Of a DNA stretch of 64,000 nt, positions 38,815-48,353 are shown piece after piece. The notes beneath the pieces are model-generated. The model searched no databases. It was not told the origin of the DNA and saw nothing but the letters and a program-made list of their open reading frames with translations. A program made the translations under genes and the position numbers. Source of the stretch: an uncultured Spirochaetota bacterium (lineage in GTDB: Bacteria; Spirochaetota; B62-G9; DRHN01); assembly GCA_964583615.1 (NCBI GenBank), contig CAZOWM010000010.1, positions 11,480-75,479 of the forward strand, read 5' to 3'. Each line of letters opens with the position of its first letter. Within the stretch, counting starts at the first letter, position 1.

Positions 38815-39510
38815 TCAATTTTCGTACGTCCTGGTCGGATCGTACATTCCTTCACGGGCCTCGCCGTTTATGCTGGGGATCGTGAAAACCTGTCCGGGCA
38901 AGATGAGGTGAGGATTGTGGGGATTTTTGAGTTTCTCCCTGTTTGCCTCATAGATGATTTTCCACTTCCAGGGGTCGTTGTAGATGAATTCGTACTCCGC
39001 TATTCGCCAGAAGCAGTCGCGCCGTCTCGGGATGAGGCGGACCTTGTAATATTTTGGAAGCGGCTCTGCCGGAACGAGATCTTTGAGTACATTGAGAACA
39101 CGGTTTGAGTAATCGATGCTTCTTTCATACTGCTCCGCACCGTAGGATTGTTTCGCGATTGCGAAATCAGCCGCTGCCTGGCTGAACTCCCCGGGATGAT
39201 CATTCTCAATCCCCTCTGCACGTGCATGATCGAGCCTGCCAGAGGCACGCTGCATGAGCGTGTTTGCCTTATGTCTCTGCACGAGCATGGTCGCGTAGGT
39301 GTCGGCTTTTTTTATATGTTCTCTCGCCTTTTCAGCATACTCATAGGCCGAATCGTACTTTCCTTCTTCGTAGGCTTTCTCCGCCTTTCTGTTCAACTCT
39401 TTTGCCTTCCGATAGTCGGGATTATCGAAAAGCGACTGCCCTACTGCTGCGATTGCGCAGAGGACCGTACACATAATAACCGTGATAATAATCAGTGTTT
39501 TCCTTTCCAT
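38815..39510 (-). CDS. LysM peptidoglycan-binding protein (spirochaete type)
   Basis: Signal peptide, helical repeats, RDCFWRIA...YNDPWKW..IYEAN...NPHLILPGQ...IP. Confidence 0.88.
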   Translation of the reverse strand: MERKTLIIITVIMCTVLCAIAAVGQSLFDNPDYRKAKELNRKAEKAYEEGKYDSAYEYAEKAREHIKKADTYATMLVQRHKANTLMQRASGRLDHARAEGIENDHPGEFSQAAADFAIAKQSYGAEQYERSIDYSNRVLNVLKDLVPAEPLPKYYKVRLIPRRRDCFWRIAEYEFIYNDPWKWKIIYEANREKLKNPHNPHLILPGQVFTIPSINGEAREGMYDPTRTYEN

Positions 39511-39576
39511 GTGAAAGTCCTTCGTCTTATCTATGATATTCGCCCCGATTGACAGGGCGCAGAAGACATCGGGCTG

Positions 39577-40200
39577 CTACAGTCCCGCTGCTTCGACCTT
39601 TTGTTCCACCTGCTGAAGCTCGCTTTTCGATCTCTCGATCGATTGTTCCGCCCTCTGTTTTTTCACAAGTGTCTGCTTTCTGACTTCCTCGAAAAGCGAT
39701 TTTGCTTTCTCGAGAAGAGAAACCGCTTTCTCATGGTTTCCCGCCTCCTGTTCTCTCAAACCCTGTTCGTAGGTTTCGAGCGCCTCGGCATACTCTTGCT
39801 TCATTGCAACCGATGCCTTGTTTTCATCCGCTTCCTTTTTTATTGCGGCTACTTCATTTCCGAGCCCCTTTGCGTACGCGGGATACCCTTTTTTGATTAC
39901 CGCATCGAAAAACCGTGTCGCCTCTTCGAATGCCTTCTTTGATTTGCTGTTATTCTTGGTGTAGTACTGCTCTCCCTCTGCGTACTCTTTTTCCCCGTTT
40001 TTGTATTCTTCCGGCGCATACTGGTCGAGGTTGTGATTCCGAATTTTCTCCCTCAGCAGTTTCGCCTCCGCGTATTCTTCCGAGGGAGGGGTGGACGCTT
40101 TTTTCCCATCCTTCAGATCCTTTTTCTCAGGGGAAGAGGCACAGGATATCATTAATCCGCATAGTATGAGTGCAATACACAGAAATGAGTATTTTTTCAT
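39577..40200 (-). CDS. Helical lipoprotein (DUF4398-like)
   Basis: LMISC lipobox, YAP.EY..GEKEY helical repeats; upstream of and co-oriented with the LysM gene. Confidence 0.8.
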   Translation of the reverse strand: MKKYSFLCIALILCGLMISCASSPEKKDLKDGKKASTPPSEEYAEAKLLREKIRNHNLDQYAPEEYKNGEKEYAEGEQYYTKNNSKSKKAFEEATRFFDAVIKKGYPAYAKGLGNEVAAIKKEADENKASVAMKQEYAEALETYEQGLREQEAGNHEKAVSLLEKAKSLFEEVRKQTLVKKQRAEQSIERSKSELQQVEQKVEAAGL

Positions 40201-40397
40201 TTATCATTCTCCCTATTTGTTATATCGTCAGACAGTAGAGCAATTCTTTAGCCTTCTGACGAAAATCAGGGCTATTTAAATTTTAGTGTATTTGCAATCT
40301 CTTTTCAAATAAATCTTGTTAATTCTCATATGCATGAAAATTACTTGTTTGTGCACATGTCTGTGCTGTATAGTTGAAGGGTATTGGATTACATGTT

Positions 40398-42491
40398 ATG
40401 GAATACGGGCAAAAAAAGAACGGCGCATTGAGAAGGCCCGAGGGGGAATGGATCCTTGCAAACAGGCGTGGAGGATATGCCCTCGGGACCGCGGATCTCA
40501 TCAACAGGCGAAAGTACCACGGACTTCTCGTGGCGTATGTCGAGGGTGCGGGCAGGGTCCATCTCGTATCCACTGTTGAGGAGAGGATCGGAACAGAAAG
40601 TGAGCACGCCTTTCTTGACGCGCACAGTTACCACGATCTCGTGTATCCGCACGGACATCTGCACCTCATTAGTGCCGCACTCAGGCCCTATCCGGGATTT
40701 GTGTATTCCTTCCGGCTCATGGGGCGTGAAGTGCGTGTGGGAAAGGAAATCCTCATGGCGGAAACCTCCAACCTCACCCTCGTGCGGTACACCAATATGG
40801 GCACTGCGTCGCTTGATTTCGCGTTCCGTTACCAGTTCAGCATGCGAGACCACCATCATGTCAACAATCCCGGTACGTTTGACGCGCTCTCGGTGTTCTT
40901 TGAAGTCGAGAACCGCGGAAAATTTCGTGAAGGAAAGGTGCTGAGGCCTGACAACGGCGCGGAGGCCTTCATCTACACCTCCGCCGGTGAGCTCGGTCGT
41001 GAAATGCTTGTCTTCCGGAACATCGTGTACAGTGTTGAGCGAATGCGGGGGTACGATTTTCGGGAGGATCTTGTGTCGCCCTTTATACACCGGGGGACGC
41101 TCGAGAACGGCCGGTCGCTGATTACGGTGTTCTGCGACCACGAGAGAAACGACCTGAAGAATCTTGACCCGCGCGTTCTGTATGATGAAATAAAAAGCCG
41201 CTATTCCGCATACACCGTGCCTGAGGGGCATCCGGCGCAAATGCCATGGGATGGCCCGGGGCACACGGGGGTGGTAAAAAAGAGACGCGCGCGATCCCGT
41301 ATGAGTATCGAGCAGTACCGGTGTCTTCTCGAGCTGATGCTCGATGATTTCCGGACGGAAAACGACATCATCGCAGGTTTTCCCTGGTTTTCGCCCTGGG
41401 GGAGGGACACGATGATCGCGCTCGAAGCGTACATGAAACAGGAAGGCAATACCGGGTACACATTCAAGGTACTAAGAACGTACGGAGAAAGGATGATGAG
41501 CGGAATCGTTCCCAATGTACTCGGTGAGGCAGGCAGGGGTGGGAACTACGACACCATCGACGCTTCGCTCTGGTTTGTGCTGAGGGTTTTTGAGCTTTTC
41601 GCAAGCCTCGATACTGAAGAAAAGGAGATACTGCTCGGATTCTGCGAACAGGTCGTGCTCAATTACCGCTTCAACGGCGACCTGCTATTTTACTTCGACC
41701 CCGCCGACTCGCTCCTCTCGATTCGGGACGGGATCGGTTCCGCACTGACGTGGATGGATGCAAAAATCGGCGGTATTCCCGTCACTCCCAGGTACGGAAA
41801 ACCGGTCGAAATAAACGGACTCTGGTACAATGTACTCGAGGCGGTAAAACGCATGGCCGGTGAAATGAACAGAGAAGAGCTTTTATTCGGATCATACAAA
41901 ATGGAGATGGATGAGCTGAAAAGCTGTGCAGACACGGCAGGGCGGATGATGAAGCGATTTTATCACTGCGGTATCTGGTGCGACAGGATCGAAAAGGGAA
42001 CGCCGGTGTGCGAAATCAGGCCCAATTTCGTGATTGCCTGCTCCCTGCCCTTTGACTTCGCCGACTCGGCAGGGCTGTCGTCTGCAGTAGCTACCGCACG
42101 AACACATCTTCTTACAGGGTTCGGCCTCAGGTCGCTTTCGCCGGAAGACGTGAACTACAGAGGCGTGTATGAAGGAGATCAGGACAAGCGTGACAGGGCG
42201 TATCACCAGGGAACCGCGTGGACGTGGCTTTTGCTTCCCTATGCGAAACTCGTTCGCAAAACCGTAGGGCGGAAGGCACGTCTGAAAATTGAGCTGGAAG
42301 AGATCGCTCGCGGAATACGGGAGCGTGTCATGCAGGGCGCTCTCGCGTCGATCGCAGAGGTATGGGACGGTGACACACAGGATGTTCCGAAAGGCGCTCC
42401 CGCCCAGGCGTGGTCGGTCGCAGCTCTCTTCTGTATCGAAGAAATGATAGAGCGGCTGGACATAAAACAAGAGAAGGACGGCACATATTAG
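40398..42491 (+). CDS. Glycogen debranching enzyme, amylo-alpha-1,6-glucosidase (archaeal/Bacteroidota type)
   Basis: W.L.N..GGYA, RKYHGLL, AGFPWF..WGRDT, DASLWF, TWMDAK, GKPVEIN.LWYN, YHQGTAW, AQAWSVA. Confidence 0.92.
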   Translation: MEYGQKKNGALRRPEGEWILANRRGGYALGTADLINRRKYHGLLVAYVEGAGRVHLVSTVEERIGTESEHAFLDAHSYHDLVYPHGHLHLISAALRPYPGFVYSFRLMGREVRVGKEILMAETSNLTLVRYTNMGTASLDFAFRYQFSMRDHHHVNNPGTFDALSVFFEVENRGKFREGKVLRPDNGAEAFIYTSAGELGREMLVFRNIVYSVERMRGYDFREDLVSPFIHRGTLENGRSLITVFCDHERNDLKNLDPRVLYDEIKSRYSAYTVPEGHPAQMPWDGPGHTGVVKKRRARSRMSIEQYRCLLELMLDDFRTENDIIAGFPWFSPWGRDTMIALEAYMKQEGNTGYTFKVLRTYGERMMSGIVPNVLGEAGRGGNYDTIDASLWFVLRVFELFASLDTEEKEILLGFCEQVVLNYRFNGDLLFYFDPADSLLSIRDGIGSALTWMDAKIGGIPVTPRYGKPVEINGLWYNVLEAVKRMAGEMNREELLFGSYKMEMDELKSCADTAGRMMKRFYHCGIWCDRIEKGTPVCEIRPNFVIACSLPFDFADSAGLSSAVATARTHLLTGFGLRSLSPEDVNYRGVYEGDQDKRDRAYHQGTAWTWLLLPYAKLVRKTVGRKARLKIELEEIARGIRERVMQGALASIAEVWDGDTQDVPKGAPAQAWSVAALFCIEEMIERLDIKQEKDGTY

Positions 42492-42561
42492 TCGTCCAAG
42501 AGCAGTTCCGGATGATGTTCTATCGATCTTTCAAGGAGCGTATTTTCAAATTAGAGTTCTA

Positions 42562-43737
42562 ATGCTGACATGGGAGTTTCCCCCCTATGGGCGGGGGGGG
42601 CTTGGAAAGGCATGCTACGGCCTGGTGAGCGGGCTCCTCGAGAAAGGTGTTCAGGTACAGCTCCTCATCCCCTGTGAGGGAACAGCGGGAGTGTATGTGC
42701 TGAAAGAGCCCGGGCATGCGAACACGCTTTCGGAGCACTTTGAGCCTTTTGTTCATTCTGAGAGTATGTATCAAAAAACATGGGAAGGGCATTGCAGGGG
42801 GGAGTACACAAAAGATTACTACGCGGCCGGCGCGGATCTGCTTCTCAGTGGCTCATTTAGGTTTTCCATGCCGGCGGCATGCATCTCTATCGGGGAATTT
42901 GATCTCATTCACGCCCACGACTGGGCCACATTTCCTGCGGCTCTGCAGCTCAGAAGCTTGACCGGAAAACCTCTTGTCTGTCACATCCACTCAACGGAGT
43001 GCGACAGATCCCCGGGCAAGGGGGAGGAGCGTATACACGCGGTGGAGCGGGCGGGTCTTTCCGTGTGCGAGAGAGCAATTGCAGTCTCAAACTACACGGC
43101 ATCTGTGATCCGGGACCGCTACGGTATCGATTTTTCCAAGATCCGTGTGGTGTACAATGCGTGCGGAAAAGATAATACGGCGAAACGGACGGCGCGAATA
43201 TTCAAAGACCCGGTCGTGATCTTTTCGGGACGGGTCACACAACAGAAGGGGCCCGAAACCTTTCTCAAAGTTGCAGAGCGTGTCGCGGCACGGTTGCCTG
43301 CCATACGGTTTCTGATGGCAGGTTCAGGCGACCTCTTCTGCAGAATCGTTCACCAATCAGCGTCAATGGGGTTTGGGACACGGTTTCTACCTCTGGGGCA
43401 CCTTCAAACAAAAGAACTGCAGCGTGTCCTTTCTGCAGCGGACATACTCCTTGCACCCTCTGTGGCCGAGCCGTTCGGGCTTTCAGTGCTCGAGGCAATG
43501 AGCTTCGGGGTGGTACCTGTTGTCTCGGCCCGCGCCGGTGTGTCGGAGATTGTCGAACACGTGATAAAGGTGGACCCCGGCGACATTGATGGCATGGTGA
43601 GCGCAGTGGTCGGCCTGGCCGAGGATCATGGAAAACGGCGGTCCATGGCCCGTGCCGGGGCGCAGGAAGCGAGCGCGCTTACATGGAATACTGCAGCGGA
43701 GGCGGTCGTGGATATCTACGGAGAACTTGGATGCTGA
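42562..43737 (+). CDS. GT4 glycosyltransferase (glycogen-synthase-like)
   Basis: WEFPP...GGLG.ACYGL, HAHDW, HSTE.DR, GR.T.QKGP, EPFGLSVLE. True start may be ATT 42550. Confidence 0.88.
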   Translation: MLTWEFPPYGRGGLGKACYGLVSGLLEKGVQVQLLIPCEGTAGVYVLKEPGHANTLSEHFEPFVHSESMYQKTWEGHCRGEYTKDYYAAGADLLLSGSFRFSMPAACISIGEFDLIHAHDWATFPAALQLRSLTGKPLVCHIHSTECDRSPGKGEERIHAVERAGLSVCERAIAVSNYTASVIRDRYGIDFSKIRVVYNACGKDNTAKRTARIFKDPVVIFSGRVTQQKGPETFLKVAERVAARLPAIRFLMAGSGDLFCRIVHQSASMGFGTRFLPLGHLQTKELQRVLSAADILLAPSVAEPFGLSVLEAMSFGVVPVVSARAGVSEIVEHVIKVDPGDIDGMVSAVVGLAEDHGKRRSMARAGAQEASALTWNTAAEAVVDIYGELGC

Positions 43738-44885
43738 AAGTAATGCTCAATGTGTTTTTCCACGAGCCGTACCCTTACAGACCGGTGAATGTGTTCGACC
43801 CCTTTACTTTTCTTTCACTTTTTGACGAAACGGAGATGCGGTCCCGGGTTGAGACTGAAGCCGCATACAGATACAGGCCTGTCTGCAGAAAACTCGTTCA
43901 CCTGTGCAGGGACCACGCGAAGGAGTTCAAAGTTGTTGTCTCGGTATCGGGGTGTGCGCTCGAGAGCTTCAAGCGTTACTGCCCGGACATTCTGCAGCTG
44001 CTTGAAATAATTTCTGATTCCTGTTGTGCGGAATTCACAGGTGAGACCTATTACCACTCCGCTTCTTCCCTTTTCGACATCGCTGAATTCAGAGAGCAGG
44101 TCTTCATGCACGCAGAGCTGATCCGCCGGGTGTTCGGAGCCGAACCTTCTGTTTTCCGAAATGCCCTGTTCTCCTACGATGAGGAGTCAAGGGATGCTCT
44201 GCAGTGCTTTCGGCAGTTCAGGGCCATTTTCACGGAGAGCGGAAAAAAGAGTTTTGTTCCCGCCCCGTTTGCACTGTACAGGGCGGGAGAAAATGAAACC
44301 ATTATATTTCTCAATTCATGGAACTTTTCGTATTATATTAATCCTTGCGGATATGGACAAACTCCCGGGGATGATGTATTTTCCCTGCTCCGTCGTTTCT
44401 TCTCACCGGAAGACCGGGAAGAAGATCTGTATTTCTATCTGTTTCTGGAAAGCGCGTTCACCCCAGGCACGGTGTGGGAGCGCGTGGTGGAGAACGCATC
44501 AATGCATTTGAGTAAGTGCAGGGACGTCTCTTTTGTGCTGCCCTCTGAAATCCTGAGAGAGGCCGAGGGCAGGAAGGCTGATCTTCCCGTGTTCGAAACA
44601 GGAAAGCCTGTCGGGAATACCCGGGAAATCTCTTCGCTTCTGAATGATCTTCAGCGAAGCGCCTCCGAGACGCTCTATTCCATTATCCGGAAAATACGGG
44701 AAGACGGGGCGTGCGACATTCTTTCCACAGTTCGGAGGCTCACTTCAGTGGAACATCTTCTTTCCATGGCTCCGCGTTCCGGCCCCTGCCGAACGGCAGG
44801 CAAAAGCACCTTCGGTCAGTGTTCGCCTGAAGAGGCGTATTCCATGTTTTTAACAACTCTCGCGCGTATCGAGGAAACGCTCTGA
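43731..44885 (+). CDS. GH57 alpha-amylase homologue, apparently catalytically degenerate
   Basis: AYRYRP, SVSG..LE, EFTGETYYHS, FRN, NDLQR match GH57 architecture; catalytic motifs are altered. Confidence 0.75.
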   Translation: MLKVMLNVFFHEPYPYRPVNVFDPFTFLSLFDETEMRSRVETEAAYRYRPVCRKLVHLCRDHAKEFKVVVSVSGCALESFKRYCPDILQLLEIISDSCCAEFTGETYYHSASSLFDIAEFREQVFMHAELIRRVFGAEPSVFRNALFSYDEESRDALQCFRQFRAIFTESGKKSFVPAPFALYRAGENETIIFLNSWNFSYYINPCGYGQTPGDDVFSLLRRFFSPEDREEDLYFYLFLESAFTPGTVWERVVENASMHLSKCRDVSFVLPSEILREAEGRKADLPVFETGKPVGNTREISSLLNDLQRSASETLYSIIRKIREDGACDILSTVRRLTSVEHLLSMAPRSGPCRTAGKSTFGQCSPEEAYSMFLTTLARIEETL

Positions 44886-44895
44886 GGAGTATCTT

Positions 44896-47424
44896 ATGGC
44901 CTTGAAAAACATTTTCGTATACCCGAAATATCCCGAAGAACTGATGAAGTTGATCGACCTTTCCTACAACCTGTGGTCTCTGTGGGACCTTGACGCGGTG
45001 AAGATCTATTTACGGATCGATCCCAATCTTTTCCGTTCCGTGAACCAGAATCCGATTGCCTTCCTTCACGCCGTTCCCGAAAAGAGACTCGAGGAATTGT
45101 CACGGGACAGGGCATTTCTCACAGATCTCGAAAGAATCTGGGAAAAGTACAGGACCTATGTGGGACGCAGCACACGATACGGCGAGCTGTTCGCGCAAAA
45201 GAGCATCGCGTACTTTTCCATGGAGTACGGCCTGCACCACTCCATATCGAACTACGCGGGAGGTCTCGGAATACTTGCAGGAGATCATCTGAAAGGGGCA
45301 TCCGACCTTGGGGTCCCCCTCACCGGTGTGGGGCTATTTTACACCTATGGGTATTTCAACCAGCGTATCAACCTTAACGGTATGCAGGAGGAGGTGTACA
45401 GAACTTCAAGCGTCTACTACATGCCGGTAAAGGAGTACAAGGCTTCAGACGGTAAACCGCTTACGGTGTCAGTCGAAATTCTCGGCACAGAGGTGAAGGT
45501 GAAGGTGTGGTACGTCAATGTGGGAAAGGCAATACTGCTCCTGCTGGACACCAACCTCGAGGAAAATCCGCCCCAGTTCCGCACGATTACCAATCATCTT
45601 TACGACGCCAATAAGGACACCCGTTTTATGCAGGAAATTGTTCTCGGTTGCGGTGGAATGAGAACGCTTGAGGCGATTGGAATAGAACCCGACATCTTTC
45701 ACCTCAACGAGGGACATTCCGCGTTTCTCATCGTCGAGCGCCTCATAGACCTCATGAAAAAAAAGAAATACTCATTTGAAGAGGCATCCGCGCTCATCAA
45801 AAACAGCACCGTGTTCACCACGCACACGCCTGTTGAGGCGGGAAACGAAAACTACCCCGTCGACATGATTAAAAAGTACCTGGAAAAGGCCGTGAAAACA
45901 ATCGGCCTCTCGTTTGATACGTTCATCAAGTACGGATTTCTTCACGATGGGAACACGTTCTGGCTGCCTGCCTTCGCAATCAGGTTTTCCCGGTACGTCA
46001 ACGGTGTTTCACGGCTTCACAGCGAAGTCTCGAGAAATATGTGGCGCGATCTCTTTGCTCAGAAGGATGTCCGCGAGATACCGATCATCAACATTACAAA
46101 CGGTGTGCACTACTCGTGGCTTGCGGATGATATGCGGGAGCTGTTCTCGAGCTACGTATCCCCAGATTACCACTATGAGACGCTGAACGATGCAGGCATG
46201 CAGAGGATAATGGACATTCCCAATGAGGAGATATGGGATGCGCATATAAAAAGAAAACGAGAGATGATCATCTTTTTACGGCGCGTCACAGAAGAGCAGT
46301 ACACGCAGAAAGGCTTCTCCCTCGTGAAGATAAAAAAGGCCAAGGAAATGCTCAACTTCAGCCATTTGACGATCGGGTTCGCACGGAGGTTTGCCACTTA
46401 CAAGCGTCCGACACTTCTCATCAGGGACCGGGAGCGGCTGAAAAAAATACTTACAAGCAATGAGAGGCCTGTACAGATTATTTTTGCTGGGAAGGCTCAT
46501 CCGGCTGATTTTTCCGGCAAGAACATGATTAAAGAGGTGCTGGACTTCGCACGAGAGTTCGGTCTGGAAGACAGGGTGATATTCATCGAGAACTACTCCA
46601 GAGAGATCGCAATGCACCTCGTTCAGGGAGTCGATATCTGGCTGAACACACCGATCAAGCTGCTTGAGGCCTCCGGCACCTCAGGTATGAAAGCGGGAAT
46701 TAACGGAGTACTGAACCTCAGCATACTCGACGGATGGTGGCCCGAGTGCTACAACGGTAAGAACGGGTGGGCGATCACGGCGGGTGATATATACACCGAA
46801 CCGGAGCTCAGGGATTCCGCGGAAGCAAACCAGATTTACGACCTGCTCGAAGAGGAGATCGCGCCTCTGTACTATACCCGCGATGAGCGCGACATTCCGG
46901 TGAAATGGGTAAAAATAATGAAGGAATCAATGTACACTGTGTACAAGGATTTTAATCTCAACCGAATGATCTCCGAGTACTGCGACAAATTCTATGTCCC
47001 CGCATTGCAGTCACGGGAGCGAATGCTCGCAAACGACGGAACAGGCCTCAAGGACACCGTACAAAAGGCGGAACAGGTCAAAAAGTGCTGGAGCAAGGTG
47101 TACATAAAAGAAGTATTCGCCGACATCGACGGTCGGGAAGTGCTCTTCATTAACGACACCATTCACTTAGAGTGCTATGTGTATCTTGATGAGGTGGACC
47201 CCTCATTGATCAGCGTAGAGCTCTTCTCTATAGTGGAAAAACAGCAGAAAACAACCACCATTCCTCTTCGGTTCGTCGAAAAATACCAGGATAAGTCCGC
47301 GAAGTACGAAGGAAGTTTCACGCTTGATGAGCCCGGAATGCAGAGCATCAGGGCAAGGCTTTTACCCGCTGATGAAGATATCCGCGTCCTTTATCCCGAA
47401 CTCGTGCAGTGGAAAGAGATATAA
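44896..47424 (+). CDS. glgP: Alpha-glucan (glycogen) phosphorylase, GT35
   Basis: YFSMEYG, GGLGILAGD, HLNEGH, FTTHTP..AG, ARRFATYKR, EASGTSGMKA PLP motif, DGWW. Confidence 0.95.
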   Translation: MALKNIFVYPKYPEELMKLIDLSYNLWSLWDLDAVKIYLRIDPNLFRSVNQNPIAFLHAVPEKRLEELSRDRAFLTDLERIWEKYRTYVGRSTRYGELFAQKSIAYFSMEYGLHHSISNYAGGLGILAGDHLKGASDLGVPLTGVGLFYTYGYFNQRINLNGMQEEVYRTSSVYYMPVKEYKASDGKPLTVSVEILGTEVKVKVWYVNVGKAILLLLDTNLEENPPQFRTITNHLYDANKDTRFMQEIVLGCGGMRTLEAIGIEPDIFHLNEGHSAFLIVERLIDLMKKKKYSFEEASALIKNSTVFTTHTPVEAGNENYPVDMIKKYLEKAVKTIGLSFDTFIKYGFLHDGNTFWLPAFAIRFSRYVNGVSRLHSEVSRNMWRDLFAQKDVREIPIINITNGVHYSWLADDMRELFSSYVSPDYHYETLNDAGMQRIMDIPNEEIWDAHIKRKREMIIFLRRVTEEQYTQKGFSLVKIKKAKEMLNFSHLTIGFARRFATYKRPTLLIRDRERLKKILTSNERPVQIIFAGKAHPADFSGKNMIKEVLDFAREFGLEDRVIFIENYSREIAMHLVQGVDIWLNTPIKLLEASGTSGMKAGINGVLNLSILDGWWPECYNGKNGWAITAGDIYTEPELRDSAEANQIYDLLEEEIAPLYYTRDERDIPVKWVKIMKESMYTVYKDFNLNRMISEYCDKFYVPALQSRERMLANDGTGLKDTVQKAEQVKKCWSKVYIKEVFADIDGREVLFINDTIHLECYVYLDEVDPSLISVELFSIVEKQQKTTTIPLRFVEKYQDKSAKYEGSFTLDEPGMQSIRARLLPADEDIRVLYPELVQWKEI

Positions 47425-47441
47425 TCGTAAAAGGAAGAAAT

Positions 47442-48353
47442 ATGGAACCCATAATCGAGGCGCGCGATCTGGCCAAAAAGTATGGAAAGCTTACTGCGGT
47501 AAACGGGATATCGTTCACCGTGTACAGGGGTGAGAGCTTCGGGCTTCTGGGCCCGAACGGAGCGGGGAAAACCACCACCATACGGATGATCTACGGATTT
47601 TCGCCGATGAGCGCGGGAGATCTCAGGGTGTTCGGGCTCGACATTACGAAACAGAGCCGGGAAATCAAAGCGCGGATCGGGGTGTGCCAGCAGGAAAACA
47701 GTCTCGACCCCGATCTCACGGTCAGGCAGAACCTAGAGGTGTTTGCCCGCTACTTCGATATACCGCAGAAAGAGGCGAGAGGGATAACTGAGTCTCTGTT
47801 GCGGTTCATCGCAATGGAGCACCGCAAAGGTGAAAAGGTCACCTCACTTTCCGGCGGGCTCATGCGGCGGCTCGTTCTCGCACGCGCGCTCATAAACAAT
47901 CCTGACCTCATTATTCTCGACGAGCCGACCACAGGTCTGGATCCGCAGTCTCGGCACCAGGTCTGGGAGCGGCTGGAGCAGCTCAAAGCCCGCGGGCTCA
48001 CGATCCTCCTCACCACCCACTACATGGAGGAAGCCGCAAGACTCTGTGACCGCATCGTGATCGTCGACCATGGAAAGATACTCGTGGAGGGAAAACCGGC
48101 TGAACTGATACGCATACACGTGGGGAAAGAGGTGATTGAAGTCGCAGAGCCTGACAGTGAGCTCATACGGTGGGTCGCTGAGCGAAACTTCGATCACGAG
48201 AATCTCGGACACCGCCTGATCATCTACAGCAAGGGAGGAGAAGATTTGTTTCATGCTATCACCGCGAACTACTGCACGGGCGGGTGCGATCTGCGACTTG
48301 CAACCCTCGAAGACGTGTTTCTAAAGCTCACAGGGAGAGATTTACGGGAATGA
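47442..48353 (+). CDS. ABC-2 exporter ATP-binding subunit (NodI/DrrA-like)
   Basis: GPNGAGKTT, LSGGLMRR, LDEPTTGLDPQSR, TTHYMEEA, LEDVFLKLTGR.LRE. Confidence 0.92.
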   Translation: MEPIIEARDLAKKYGKLTAVNGISFTVYRGESFGLLGPNGAGKTTTIRMIYGFSPMSAGDLRVFGLDITKQSREIKARIGVCQQENSLDPDLTVRQNLEVFARYFDIPQKEARGITESLLRFIAMEHRKGEKVTSLSGGLMRRLVLARALINNPDLIILDEPTTGLDPQSRHQVWERLEQLKARGLTILLTTHYMEEAARLCDRIVIVDHGKILVEGKPAELIRIHVGKEVIEVAEPDSELIRWVAERNFDHENLGHRLIIYSKGGEDLFHAITANYCTGGCDLRLATLEDVFLKLTGRDLRE

